Shown one piece after another: positions 38,251 to 50,459 of a stretch of DNA of 64,000 bases. The first letter of the stretch is position 1. Each line of letters opens with the position of its first letter. The notes under the pieces were generated by a model. The model searched no databases, was not told where the DNA came from, and was given only the letters and a program-made list of their open reading frames with translations. This DNA comes from Eledone cirrhosa (lineage: Eukaryota): contig OZ024740.1 of NCBI GenBank assembly GCA_964016885.1, positions 389,360,001-389,424,000 on the forward strand, written 5' to 3'. The position numbers and the translations under genes were made by a program.

Positions 38251-38759
38251 TTAAGGAATGGATGTGTAGTAAATAAGCCATACTCAATGTATCTGGTTTC
38301 AGAGCCAGTTTTTGTATATAAACATATCTTTGTGTTTACCAAAAGCAGCTGTTCATGTAATACCTTAACTAATGGTGGCTTTATAGAAATATAAAATGTT
38401 TAGACTAATTATTCTATTTCTCCATCCTTTATTTTGTTGACCTGGTGGATATAATACTAGTATCTAAGCTAGAGGTTGCTACTTCAAGTCCATCAATAGT
38501 TGTAGTGATTTAGAAACATAATGACAAGCAGCCAGTTTGTTTAGATTACTCTTTCTCTTGATAAAGATATGAACCTTATATTTCTATGAGTAGAGATGCC
38601 CCAGTTATTTTATGAAAGTAACAATAGATTTTGATGCATATTACATCCTAAAACTTATTTAATCAACTATGTTCTATTCCAGCCTCAAATTTGTTACTTT
38701 GAATTATTGTAAAAAATTAACATTACCATCATCATAAATATGTTTTATTCTGAAACCAG

Positions 38760-38966
38760 GAGCATTAATTGTGACCACACCACAAGACATTGCATTGATG
38801 GATGCTAGACGTGGGATAGAGATGTTTACTAAAGTGAATGTTCCCATTCTTGGAATTGTACAGAACATGAGTGTTCATATTTGTTCTAAATGTGGACATG
38901 CAGAACACATTTTTGGCAAGAACGGTGCCAAGAAGATGGCCGAAGAGCTTGGTATTGAAATTTTAG
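38760..38966 (+). CDS. NUBPL: NUBPL exon (207 nt, TTPQDIAL...[11 protein letters not shown]; Fe-S-binding CxxC)
   Basis: Canonical ag/gt; TPQ and NMS..CxxC motifs. Confidence 0.96.
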
Positions 38967-39398
38967 GTAAGTAATAGTTGATTGCATTGTTAATAAATTC
39001 TATAAACCACTGAGGGAACATTTACATGGCTACTTCACCTGCTAGAAATAACGTCCTAATTTCCTTTAAATCACACCTACTACTTAAAAATGCTTTGCAT
39101 AACTAGCCCTAGATATTCTCTACCTGAAAAAAGTTGGAATAATCATGACTAGATTGCCTTTTATAGGTCTGCTCAATCAAGGCTGACCTGCACCAACAAC
39201 CACAATTTCAATTTGTATGTAAATTTGTAGTTGATTGGGTCAATAGGATGTTGGCTTACCATTTGAAGAGGTGTCGATTGAAATCTTGCTATCAGCACTG
39301 CATGGCTAAAATTCTATATTTTCACTGATCCAGTCAATCAAGATGGAAATAAGATGCAGATCAGTGTAGGAACACCACTTTAAGACTTCATTGTCATG

Positions 39399-39545
39399 TT
39401 AACATCACCATCATCATAAATATGTTTTATTCTAAAACCAGGAGCATTAATTGTGACCACACCACAAGACATTGCATTGATGGATGCTAGACGTGGGATA
39501 GAGATGTTTACTAAAGTGAATGTTCCCATTCTTGGAATTGTACAG
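39399..39545 (+). repeat. 147-bp direct duplication of a NUBPL acceptor plus the first 104 nt of the CxxC exon
   Basis: Copy of 38717-38863; exonic part identical, two intronic differences. Confidence 0.95.
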
Positions 39546-40784
39546 TTGATCTCAGCAGAGACTATCTATTGCAAGTTGTTGTTGTTGGCTGGTCTGACCT
39601 TTGATTAACTGCATTCCATCTGTGAACATTTCATTGCAGACATAGTATATCTAAGGCTAAATTAGCCATTGTGCCTTGCCTTGTTTAAGATGGTCAGTGG
39701 TCGACATAGTGTATCTGAGACTATATTATCCAATATAACTTGCCTTAAGGTGGTCATTGGTAGATTTAGTTATTTTTTACTGATAGAAGAATATCAGTTC
39801 ATCTTTTCAATCTAGCTAAAAACTTCAGTTAAATATTGTTGTTTATTCCCAGGTCAACCATGGACAGGCAAGATTATTTCCACCATGACAATCCCATCTT
39901 TTCAGAAGTATTTAAGACTACATTGTGATTCCTAAATGCAACCTTCTGTTTTTCAATTGGTAGAGTGTGATTTGGGAGAGATTTGGCTACTATTTCCAGC
40001 AAATCAAGAGGCTTCCTTATTGACCTATACAGTAGACTGTACTCTTTCATAGTACTTATTTACAATTCCATGTCTGTATACAATCATAGATGACTAAGTC
40101 AATAGAGTGTTGGCTTACCATTTAAAAAGTTATTACCGTATATATTCAATTATATCATAAGTGTGTGTGTCGTCGTCATCGTCGCCCCCCACCCCCGTTA
40201 TTTTATGTCAGAGAAATAGGCAAAAATCTAAACCACATTTATAAGCCAATGTAGGTAATCAACACATTATGTTTATTGGTGCAGTTTTGAAATACTCATG
40301 AGTGGAGAATATATTTATAAAGTTTTAATATTTTGATATTTAAAATATTTTAAGTATCATTTAGAGTATAGTTTTTGTTTCAGAACTCCATTATGTAATG
40401 ATCTTTTATCAATTTCCTACCGTTTTGAAGGTCATATTCATTCAAAACACATAAAAAACAATAGAAAATACGAATTTCATGTTGAAAGGGAAACTGGTGT
40501 AATATTTACCTCCAAAGCAAAAATATTTTAGCACCTCATTTATGTAAAATTTGGAAGTTGCTGAAAATTGGCTAAATATTGACCTTGAAAATAAGTTGAC
40601 CCTCATTTTACCATCGATCATTTTGTCACATATTTCTTGGCTTATGTATGAGTATATATGCTATCAGCACTACTATGTCTGTGGCAAAGACTTTTAACTC
40701 TCACTGGGTCAGAACTAGTTGATTATCTATGCATGTCAAATATATTTGTGTATAATAATAATTTCTGATTGATTATTTTTCTAG

Positions 40785-40867
40785 GAGACGTTCCTATTGA
40801 TATTGATATTCGAGAGAAAAGTGATAGTGGTGCCCCTATAGTTATATCTCTACCAGACAGTCCTCAG
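40785..40867 (+). CDS. NUBPL: NUBPL exon (83 nt, DVPIDIDIREKSDSGAPIVISLPDSPQ)
   Basis: Canonical ag/gt; conserved IRE.SD.G.P. Confidence 0.93.
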
Positions 40868-41724
40868 GTAAGTAAACTGATTTTTTCATAGAATGCTAAA
40901 ATTAATATTTTACTCTATCATGATTAAGTTATTTTATAATTCAGATTTTACCTTTACCAATTTAGGCTTTCTTAACCCTTTAGCATTTACATTACTCTAT
41001 ATATACTATTGTATGTTCATGGTAAACACTTTATCTCACATAATATCGAATCTATGAGATTTTGATTTTATATATTTTGAGAACTGTCACTATATACTAT
41101 CACATTCATTACACATACTTCATATAGTTACCTTTTGAATGGAGAGAGAAACCTTTTAATGTAGTTATTGTTTAGTTTTAAGTCAGGCCTGATCAAGCAG
41201 ACCTATGATCAAAGGCATTCCAATCATGACCATCTCATTCTTTTCTAAAATATAGTACACCATAGACCACATTATACAATGTTATTTTCTAAGATAAGTA
41301 GTTTTATTTTAAGGCAATTTAACTGCTATTTTTAGTAGGACAAGTGGAGGTTTCTCTGCTGGTTTGAGAAACCTTTTGTTACTGACAGAGATAACTCTTC
41401 CTTAAATTCAGCACTAATTGATATTTAGGCAAGTAAACCTCTTCTTAGAATAATGCAATTCAATTTAATATTTATTTTTACAAAATATGTATTAGACATT
41501 AACTAAAGAGATACCTGATTTCTTTTGTTAAAGAAATATAATTCTCTTTTACCCAATTGTTAGCATCAGGGTAAAGCATTAGGTCCTGGACATCAGATTG
41601 GTTGCATACTGTGGAGTAAATATTCTAAAGACCCACTGAAGTTTAAAAGACTACATATTACACTAGCAATATTTTATGTTGTTACACTCTAACATTTTTT
41701 TTTTTTTTTTTCATTTCATTACAG

Positions 41725-41784
41725 GCGAATATTTACAAAGAAATAGCTGCAAAATTGGTCCAGAAAGTTTTAGAAGCAAATTGA
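41725..41784 (+). CDS. NUBPL: NUBPL terminal coding exon (ANIYKEIAAKLVQKVLEAN*)
   Basis: Polypyrimidine tract and ag, phase 0, A..Y..IA motif, TGA stop. Confidence 0.88.
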   Translation, partial: ANIYKEIAAKLVQKVLEAN

Positions 41785-41959
41785 TACAAAATTGTAATTA
41801 TCATTGTATTCAAATACATGAAAAAAAATTGATATATGCAGTGTGCTGCCTGAATTTTTTAGTTCGTTTATTTTGAAATATTGAATGCTAAATAATGACA
41901 ATCTTTTTAAAACCTTTGTGGTGTTATGTTTCATGACTGAATTGAAAATTTATATTTAA

Positions 41960-42066
41960 CCTTTAGCGCACTAATAATTTTTATGAGTTGTTTCCCTTGA
42001 CACTGCATTATCTATTAAGGGGAGATTACTCCATGGTGCCATATGTTGGCGACAGCGTGTTAAAGG
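41960..42066. mobile_element. Short piggyBac-like MITE remnant
   Basis: TTAA-CCTTTAGCGC...GTGTTAAAGG-TTAA, imperfect TIRs. Confidence 0.5.
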
Positions 42067-42794
42067 TTAAAATGTTCAAGTGTGTAGCTGCTCACTTTAT
42101 TTGTAAATAGCCACTATATGTTGCTGTTCTGCCTGTAACTCATGTTATCAAGTTATCAACATCACAACTACTGAAAGCATTCTTAATTGCTATATGTGAT
42201 AAGTATTTTAATTCATAGAATAATGAGAAAAATTCAATGCAAGAAAAGCTGTTAAAACAGAAAAATGCTATCAATGACGGCATCGGGTAAAATTTACCTC
42301 AAAGGACAAATCAGCAGCTAGAAGTGTGTTGGCCCACAGAAGTGTTAGGATGAAAGGAGCAAAGGAAGAAAATGAATGAGACATCATTTCACCTCATCAG
42401 CTCTCATACCGGGTGTAGTTTCGTACAATTTAACTTGAGAGGACTACATAAAATTGCCAACTCATGCAACAGAAAATAAATATTTCTGAAGGTATGATGC
42501 ATGCATGATAAAACGAACAAATTAGATAGATAGAGATAGATCAGGAGATTGAATAAATAACATCAGAAGCACACAGAGAGGAGACCAAGGAATTAAAAGC
42601 AACAGAAACAGCATTCATATGTTGCCAAAATTGTGAAGTGATCTCCCAACAGAATAATGGCAAACTAATTAAAAACTTTGAAACCTTGCTTTAGAAAGAA
42701 ATTGTTCTGAATTCAAAAGCAGTATAGACAAATGTGTATATGATACTATAGAAAGAAATTGTTCTGAATTCAAAAGCAGTATAGACAAATGTGT

Positions 42795-43791
42795 ACCAGA
42801 TAGAAAAATGCGTACAGCAAAAAAAAGTAATATTGTTGGAATATAAACCTTTAAAAATACAGGACAAGAAACTAAAATAAAACTTTAAAAGAATAGGACA
42901 AGAAACTAAGATAAAACTTTAAAGAATTGGACAAGAAATAAAAAATTTTACAATAATATTAGTGGCAAAATTTTTATTGGTAAAAAATCGAGTTCCGCAT
43001 TCAGAGGTCGTCGTCAGACCGGGGGGATCATTTGATCCTGGTTTGAACACCAATTGGGCCATAACCATACCCCTATTTCATCATTCGGCGACACGCCTCA
43101 TGTGTCATGCATAATGTGAATGGGCCCATGAGCACAGATCTTGAGCAGCAGCGGACGGTCTTGTCGTCCTGCTCATCCTTGATCTTGACCAACCCATCCA
43201 TCTTCTCCTTGCATCTTGTCCTTGAGTTCAAGTCCGGCAGTCCAGATGAATGCATGCCACAGCTTTCTGGTACAGGAAGGGGGAGCAGGAGGACTGGAGG
43301 GATGACGGGACAGAGGAAGGGAGGACCGGTGGTTGAGGGAGGTGCCGTAGTCGGTGGTCAGAGTCGACATCTTGTCCCGGTCGTCTTCTCCATCTTCGTC
43401 TGGTATTGCAGGACCAGAAGTGCATTCTTGGAGGAGACCTGCAGCTGCATCGGCCAATTCTTCTTGCAATGGTCATTCTGACGGAGCAGAACTGCTCAGC
43501 CAACCAACCCCAACCAGAACCAACCGCTCAGGGGCAACGCACAATGAGAGCATGACAATTATTATGTACTAATCAAGAAGATACTGGGGCATAGCACAGG
43601 AAACGAATAAAAAAATTTTGCCACTAATATCATTGTAAAATTTTTTATTTCTTGTCCAATTCTTTAAAGTTTTATCTTAGTTTCTTGTCCTATTCTTTTA
43701 AAGTTTTATTTTAGTTTCTTGTCCTGTATTTTTAAAGGTTTATATTCCAACAATATTACTTTTTTTTGCTGTACGCATTTTTCTATCTGGT
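42795..43791. mobile_element. Unclassified foldback element with terminal inverted repeats of about 184 bp and a GC-rich interior
   Basis: 42795-42978 is a near-perfect reverse complement of 43606-43791; arms contain three GGACAAGAAA sub-repeats; no TSD seen. Confidence 0.8.
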
Positions 43792-45169
43792 CTACTATTT
43801 TTTAAGGCAATGCAAGCAACAACTATCTAATAATTAAATGATCATAGTGAATTACTGACAAGTGATTGACATTTTAAAGTTCTTTTGAGTATAATTGCAA
43901 TCTAGTTGAGGCAACTGGCTTAATGACAAAGCTAGTAAATCATGAATGCATTTGAGATGATTAGTGCATAATAGTGAATTGGTGAAACTTGTGCATTTCA
44001 ATGGTGTTACAACAATAGATGTAAGTTATATAGTAGTAATACTTTATCATTTTAACTTTTTAGAATGGACAAAAACCCATGCAAAGAAATGACTTTGACT
44101 GCAGTGATTCTCTCCAATTTACTTACAAAGCAAAACGTGGTCAAATACCTTATCATCTCTGATAAAATGCCCATTGAATCACTGAAAATCGGATGCATGG
44201 AATAAATTCATTTCTGGATTACCTCCCCTAGCGTCACGCTTACTACTCACTCACTTGAACACAAGATTTATCAGCAAACTTTGATTATAAACTTTTTCCT
44301 GCTGGACCAAATTTCTAGATTTTTAAGCCAAAAGATGCGTAATGATCTACTGTTCATGCTCATATAAGTTTTATCTCAGTTAAATAAAGTAGAGCCGCGC
44401 TGTACTGTCGTAAACAGACGATTGTCAACAAAAACACTACCACAACAATATTACTAAACGGACTACCGTCTGTTTAGGATATGATACTATAGAAAGAAAG
44501 CTGATGTGAATATAAAATTTAAGAAATACTTAGAAGCTATTGAATTTTAAAATTCTTGTAAAAATACCAAATTTATTTGGAATAAAGATTTTATTTATTT
44601 ATTCATTGGTTTTGTACATTCATTACTTTTTGTTTTCAGTGAAAAAATGCAAGCCATAAAATAGAGATGAACAAAGTCTATGACATGTTCTGTTTTGTTA
44701 TTCCTACTTGAGACCATTGCGCTTCATTTGTGCTGCTAATATTCTTTAGATAGGCACGACTCACTATTTTTTCTCATTTTATTGAATGGTTTCTTTTGTA
44801 AACTATATTCATTATATAAATTACGTTCTTTAAGAATCAAAACCGAATAAAGACTTTTGAAGATTGGGATATATTAGTAGGTTTTTATCTCATTATTTTA
44901 TCCTATTAATCCAAAATTATCTCACTCGACATTGTAATTTCTTTTCTGCTGTTGTTAATAAATTAATATTCTAAATATTTTAAAGTTCATTTTATTTTTT
45001 AACTTGTCGATTTGTCATTAGTTTAAGAGCTTTAGCTTTGTTTATGTAGTAGTATGTTTAGATTCAGACAATATATTGATAACTTTCCTAATTAATTTGT
45101 ATAACTTCTAACATTGTATTTGTGGCAGAGTATCTTTGCTCTGTAGCTATAAGTGAGTATCTCAGTCAG

Positions 45170-46610
45170 ATTCAAAAAGGCTTTTGACTCCATCCACAAA
45201 GGAAAGCTTGTCAATCTTAGTTGCAACTTTTAAAAAACCTTGAAGTCATTGAGCGTCACCAAGGTTTTTTTTATACTTAGGAATTATTTGTAAATTACTA
45301 AGTTGTTGTATTTCTTCTGAGTTAGTCCCTCTTACAAATTATCAGTCTCTCCAATGCTTTATTGACTTAATATTCAGTGAGCTCAAGGGTCTGACCAATG
45401 TCTAACTCTCTCCATAGTCCCACAACAAGATTGCCTTGCCCAAACAGTTTAGAGGTCTTGGTCTGCATAAATACTCATCTTTGTCTCTACCTTGCTTTCT
45501 TTCCTCCATCTACGCTTGCTCCCCTTTAGTCGGTGACATACTCTTTCCAACATGGACTAGTTCCACCAGGGAGATGGATGAAGCTTTACCACAGTGGAGT
45601 GAGCTGGGTCTTTCAGTTCCCGATACTGATGAGGATAGACGGAAGCAGAGAGTATGGGACAATCTACATTTGAGCAAAACTTTTAACTCTCTCTTTAATC
45701 ATTCTGATCAATTTTCTAGGTACCACTTACTTTTTGCAAGCGCAAAGTTCTCGGGGGTACTAGATTGATGCTCTGCCTGAGGTCAACATTGGTAGTCTTC
45801 TCAGACAGGATGAGCTTCATATCTCCATTGCACTCCGAGTGGGAGCCGATGTTTGTAGGGGTCTGAGATATCGCTATGGTAGGTTCCTTGACTCCACAGA
45901 CCTCCATGGTTTGTCCTACTGCATGAATGTTGGTCGTTTTGCCCACGACATCGAGCTAAACTTGATCATTAAGCGGGCCCTAGCTTGGGTAAATATCCCC
46001 TCAGTTCTGGAGCTGGCTGGATTATCCAGAAGTGATGGGAAGAGACCAGACGGCCTTACTCTTTGTCTCTGGGTAAGAGGCAGGTGTCTCATCTCGGACA
46101 CCACAGTCAGTGACTCTTTTGCTCCCTCCCACATCATCGATGCTATAGTAAATGTGGGGGGTCACTGCCTCCGTTGCCAAATGGAATAAAATCTGGAAAT
46201 ACAAGGATCTATCTAACAATTATTTTTTCCAGCCTGTGGTGTTCGAGATGTTTGGGTCACAAACAGCAAAGTTCTTGTCATTGCTGGTGGCTTGCCTTAC
46301 TGAGGTGTCAGGTGATGCCTGTGAGGGTGCCTGATTGTTTTAGCACCTTAGCCTCGCCATCACTCGTGGTAATGCTGCAAGCGTATTGGCTTGCTTCAAA
46401 ATATTCCATTGACCCTGGTGATGTCGCACTTGGTGAATTGAGGATAATTTTTTTTTTTTCTTTCTCTTGCTCTGTTGTATATTTTGGTGCGTTATATTTG
46501 TGAGGTTCATAGCAACAATTAATTGTATTTGTTATGAGTTTATATTTTCATTCTAAAAGAATTGTTAACAATTTGTAATGTTATTTATGTATATATTTAA
46601 AACAAATAAA
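45170..46610 (+). mobile_element. CRE-clade non-LTR retrotransposon 3' part (RLE endonuclease), degenerate
   Basis: LP..FRGLGL, LHGLS.C..GRFA.H..LN.IIKRAL, SRSDGKRPDGLTL..W.RGRCL..D.TV.D, FQPVVFE.FG. Confidence 0.8.
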
Positions 46611-46619
46611 TTTGTAATC

Positions 46620-47628
46620 CAAGTTACATATGGCATACCTGATGCTATAGATTCTGTTATAAATGTACTTTACATAAACATGGAAGCTCAAGTTCTCTCC
46701 TGATAATGATACAGAGTTTTTTTAATCTTAGTGGGTGTCCTTCATAGTGACACATTGGCATCATATATTTTCATAATCACTCTGTACTATACCATAAGGG
46801 AAGCCATTGTTAATGAACAAGATCTCAGCTTTACATTGACACATGGAGAAGTAAGTAAAACCCACCAACTGTTATATGGGATACACATTTTACTGATGAC
46901 ATAGTTCTTTTATCAAATACCATTGATTAAGTTCAAAAACTTCTTCATAAAGTTGAATTCTTTATCAGGAAAATTGCTCTATACATAAATGTTACCAAGA
47001 CAGAGTATATGTTACTAAACTAAGAATATGGAAATCTTGCACACTAGATGTCGGAATATTAAATCGAGTTGATGATTTACTATATTTGGGCACCTAGATG
47101 AGTTCATCAAAAATGAACTTTGATATCAGAATGTCCAAAGTCTGGTCTGCCGTAAACAAAATGAAAAGGATATGGAAGTCAGATCTACCCAGAAAAAAAT
47201 CAAAATATCATTATTCAGAACATCTGTTGAGTCAGTGTTGTTGTATGTATCAGATACATGAACCATGACACTTGAGAAGAAACTAGATGGTGCCATATAC
47301 TAAAATGTTTCGGGTTGTACAAAATATAAACTGGCGTTAACACATTATAAATAAAAGTTTATACAGAAACTTGTCCAAGATAACAACTATAATTGCTCAA
47401 AGACAGTTACGATTTGGAGGTCAATGCTGGAGAATTAAGCAAGAAGTTATACACGCGCTGCTATTGTGGGAATCGACTCACGGGGAACGCAGTAGAGGAA
47501 GACGTGCTCGAACGTTCATGGATCAACTCTCAGACAATACAAACCTCAGTAGGGAACAGTTACCAAGAACAATGGAAAATTGTAAACTGTCAGGAATATT
47601 CAACTGTAGTCAAAATGATGATGATGAA
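46620..47628 (+). mobile_element. Degenerate RTE-clade LINE (RT and C-terminus)
   Basis: GVL..DTLA.YIFII, FTDDIVL, RQLRFGGQCWR...RGRRARTF; (GAT)n end. Confidence 0.75.
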
Positions 47629-47974
47629 GTTTTGTTTATAATTTTCTCATCCAATCTGTCGGATACTGTTTTTTGTAAAAAGTAAATAATTATGTTTTAT
47701 TTAATTTTGACTGGTCAGTCTTCTTGATCCCGGCAAATATTTTCACAAGGAACTTATTTTCAACACGACACTGATTTACAAGAAACATCCCTTATGAAAT
47801 TACAAATAAAACAAAGAGAAAAAAATTAACACTATATAAAAATAAATGTGGCAATTTATATGATATTTCTATGAATAAATAATATTGAATAAGATTGATG
47901 ATATTTTTAATTACAGTAGTTGTTAAATAAAACCTGTTACTATATGGATACGAAGTGATTATCTTTTGAAACAT

Positions 47975-48277
47975 GTAAGCGGCTCATTATAGTCGTCCTC
48001 GTAAAGACTTGGTTTTTCATCTTCGCAGTAAACCTGTAACTTATCTCTCGCTATACGAAGTATTTCTCTATATTTTTACATTTGGTAATCAGACGTCTAA
48101 CTTATGTACTTGAAGTATGAAATTCAAAAACCCTCGACATACTCAAATTGCAATTATTAGCACCACTGTTGTAGCTGTAACACTATTTTATCTACCGGCT
48201 ATTAAAAAATATCGTGATGCTTCACGCGAACATAAATATTTGAAGAACTTGCAAAGTACAGAGGACGCAAAGTAAGC
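47975..48277 (+). promoter_or_regulatory. Candidate promoter or non-coding first exon of the FBXO38-like gene
   Basis: Locally CpG-enriched non-repetitive DNA ending in a donor-like AAA|GTAAGC at 48271/48272; inference only. Confidence 0.25.
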
Positions 48278-50120
48278 CCGATTCTATTTTTAAATTGTTT
48301 AAAACAACCACGCAAAACTAATATATCGTTATATGAATATATATATATATATATATAAAGAGAGAGAGAGAGTTAGATATGTATGACGTAGTTTCAGATA
48401 CATAGAGAAGGGCATCATGAGCTGCAGTTACATTCATGTTTTTTATTTATTTATTGGAACTAAAGGGCATTAGCGGCACAAGTGAAACGAAAGAGGCTCC
48501 AACTATTAATTGTAACTTATTGTAGTGTGAGTAGTAACAACATTGAAGAAATTCATGTTTGTTTACTTTACGAAAAACTAAACAAGAAGGAAACTGACGG
48601 ATGGGATTGTTTAGAAAGTGTCCCAATAAAAGGAAGCTGTTGTTATAATATGCAAGGTCACTTGAAGTCGTCTATCCTACACTATAGCAGATATTGGATA
48701 GGAGGATTATTGGGACCAAAAATAGTTCTTGAGTTGTTCTACATTTTTCAGATGACCAGAGTTGATGGATATACTATCATTGATACACGTTTCAATATTT
48801 AATGTTAGAATCGTTAGATTTTAAACTGATTTCTCTCAGATTCTTTCATTAAAAAATATCACATTCTAATAAATTTAATTTTAATTTGAAGTAACTACTG
48901 CTTGATAAAAACGTGTATTGAAGTAATGGTTTCAGCATAACTAGTTTGGTACAAACCTACCTGACTTCTTTTCCTCATGACTTAACTCATTAATGAATAT
49001 TTTTATGAAAATTTGCAGAGATTCATTTTTTAAGGTATAGATTACGATTGTTTTGGTGGGGTTTTCTTTTGCAATTCAGAGGTGTACGTTCCAGTATAAA
49101 ATCTGACATCTTCCTTATTGATAATATTCATTATCAACATAAATTTGGAAAGCAGGATGAAAAAAAAATTCGAATTTATGTTTAATCTATTGCAAATACA
49201 CTTCGAAAATATTAAATAAATGAAAGCATTAACGAACGGAAGTATACAATAAAAGTTGGGTTTTTTTAATGATTAAAAAAAAGAATTCACCAGCAAAATC
49301 ATCGTATACTCCTTCAAAAATGTACTTCAACAAAATTTAAAAAATAATGCGTTATTAAGAAAGTTATGGGGGGAGCAGAGTCGGTCTGAAGGAGACACTG
49401 AACTGTATTGTGCATCTAAAACTACATTATTTAATATACCCTTCCGTTTTTAAGACTATATGATGTAAATTGTGGGATATTTGCTTGCTTGTTAAAGGTG
49501 GGGTGGAGAATAAATTGACTCTTTCTATTTTGTAATGAGATTTCTTTTTTGTTCTGTCCGAATAATTCTGAATTTCATTTTTTTTCCCCGAAAGTTAATG
49601 CTGATGACTTTCCAGGTCGAGCCAGCGGGGCTGGACCGAAGGGTCAACGATAGGCCAAACGTCATGATCATCTTCCCATTTTGCGGGAGTAAACCCCTCA
49701 TATTGCATGGTACATGATCGCTTTTATTTATTACTTATTCTTAAAAAAATCAAATACGTTAGTGTTTAGCGTCGTTTAGTCCAAGTTGTTGAACCGATCT
49801 TATGATCAAAAGCCTCCAGCAAACCATCCTTTCTTATATGTGGTTGACGGCTGAGAGAAAAGAGTTCTCAATACTGAAGTAGAGTTTTAATATTCTTTTT
49901 AAGGCTAAATAGGGAGTCTTGTTACTCTGGAGTTTTGCCTGTTTGTCACAGGGTCCTCAGATACACAGACATATATATATATATGTATGTGTGTGTGTAT
50001 ATATAATCTGAGTTTTTCGAATATTAATAATAATATTCGATTTGTTTGCAATTATGCAAACAGCCTCTTTTTTAAGCCATGTCAGTAGGATGTAGAGCGA
50101 TAACTATTTGTTATATATAT

Positions 50121-50459
50121 ATATTAATTCAAAATATTAACAAAATAGATATTCTTGTGATCAAGTATATTTTATTATACATATTTCAGAGGTACTGAGT
50201 TAAGTTCAACAGTACGTCCTCATCAGATAAAATAAGATGATGCATGACATACCCTGACATAGTAGATGGTTAAGATTCAGTCATGGTAGACTACCATGAC
50301 TGAATCTTAACCATCTACTATGTCAGGGTATGTCATGCATCATCTTATTTTATCTGATGAGGACGTACTGTTGAACTTAACTCAGTACCTCTGAAATATG
50401 TATAATAAAATATACTTGATCACAAGAATATCTATTTTGTTAATATTTTGAATTAATAT
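50121..50459. repeat. Perfect palindrome: 169-bp arms, 1-nt spacer (50290), in a (TA)n-flanked insert (50121-50540)
   Basis: Arms are exact reverse complements by eye; centre CATGGTAG-A-CTACCATG. Confidence 0.95.
50346..50412 (+). ncRNA. Minimal type-I hammerhead ribozyme candidate (mirror copy at 50168-50234 on -)
   Basis: Stem I TATTTTAT/ATAAAATA; CTGATGA; stem II GGACGTACTG/CAGTACCTCT; GAAA; stem III ATATGTAT (near-palindromic); predicted cleavage after A50404. Confidence 0.7.

Noticed and set aside
43073-43572. Overlapping ORFs as a host gene or transposase
   Set aside because: Short, on both strands, with no DDE or other motif; expected in GC-rich DNA.
49601-49650. CTGATGA as a hammerhead core, snoRNA C box or SECIS
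   Set aside because: No GAAA after the stem, no D box or terminal stem, and no SECIS apical AA.
50005-50062. Short palindromes TCGAATATT..AATATTCGA and GTTTGCA..TGCAAAC as another ribozyme
   Set aside because: No CUGANGA core on either strand; too short and AT-rich to call.
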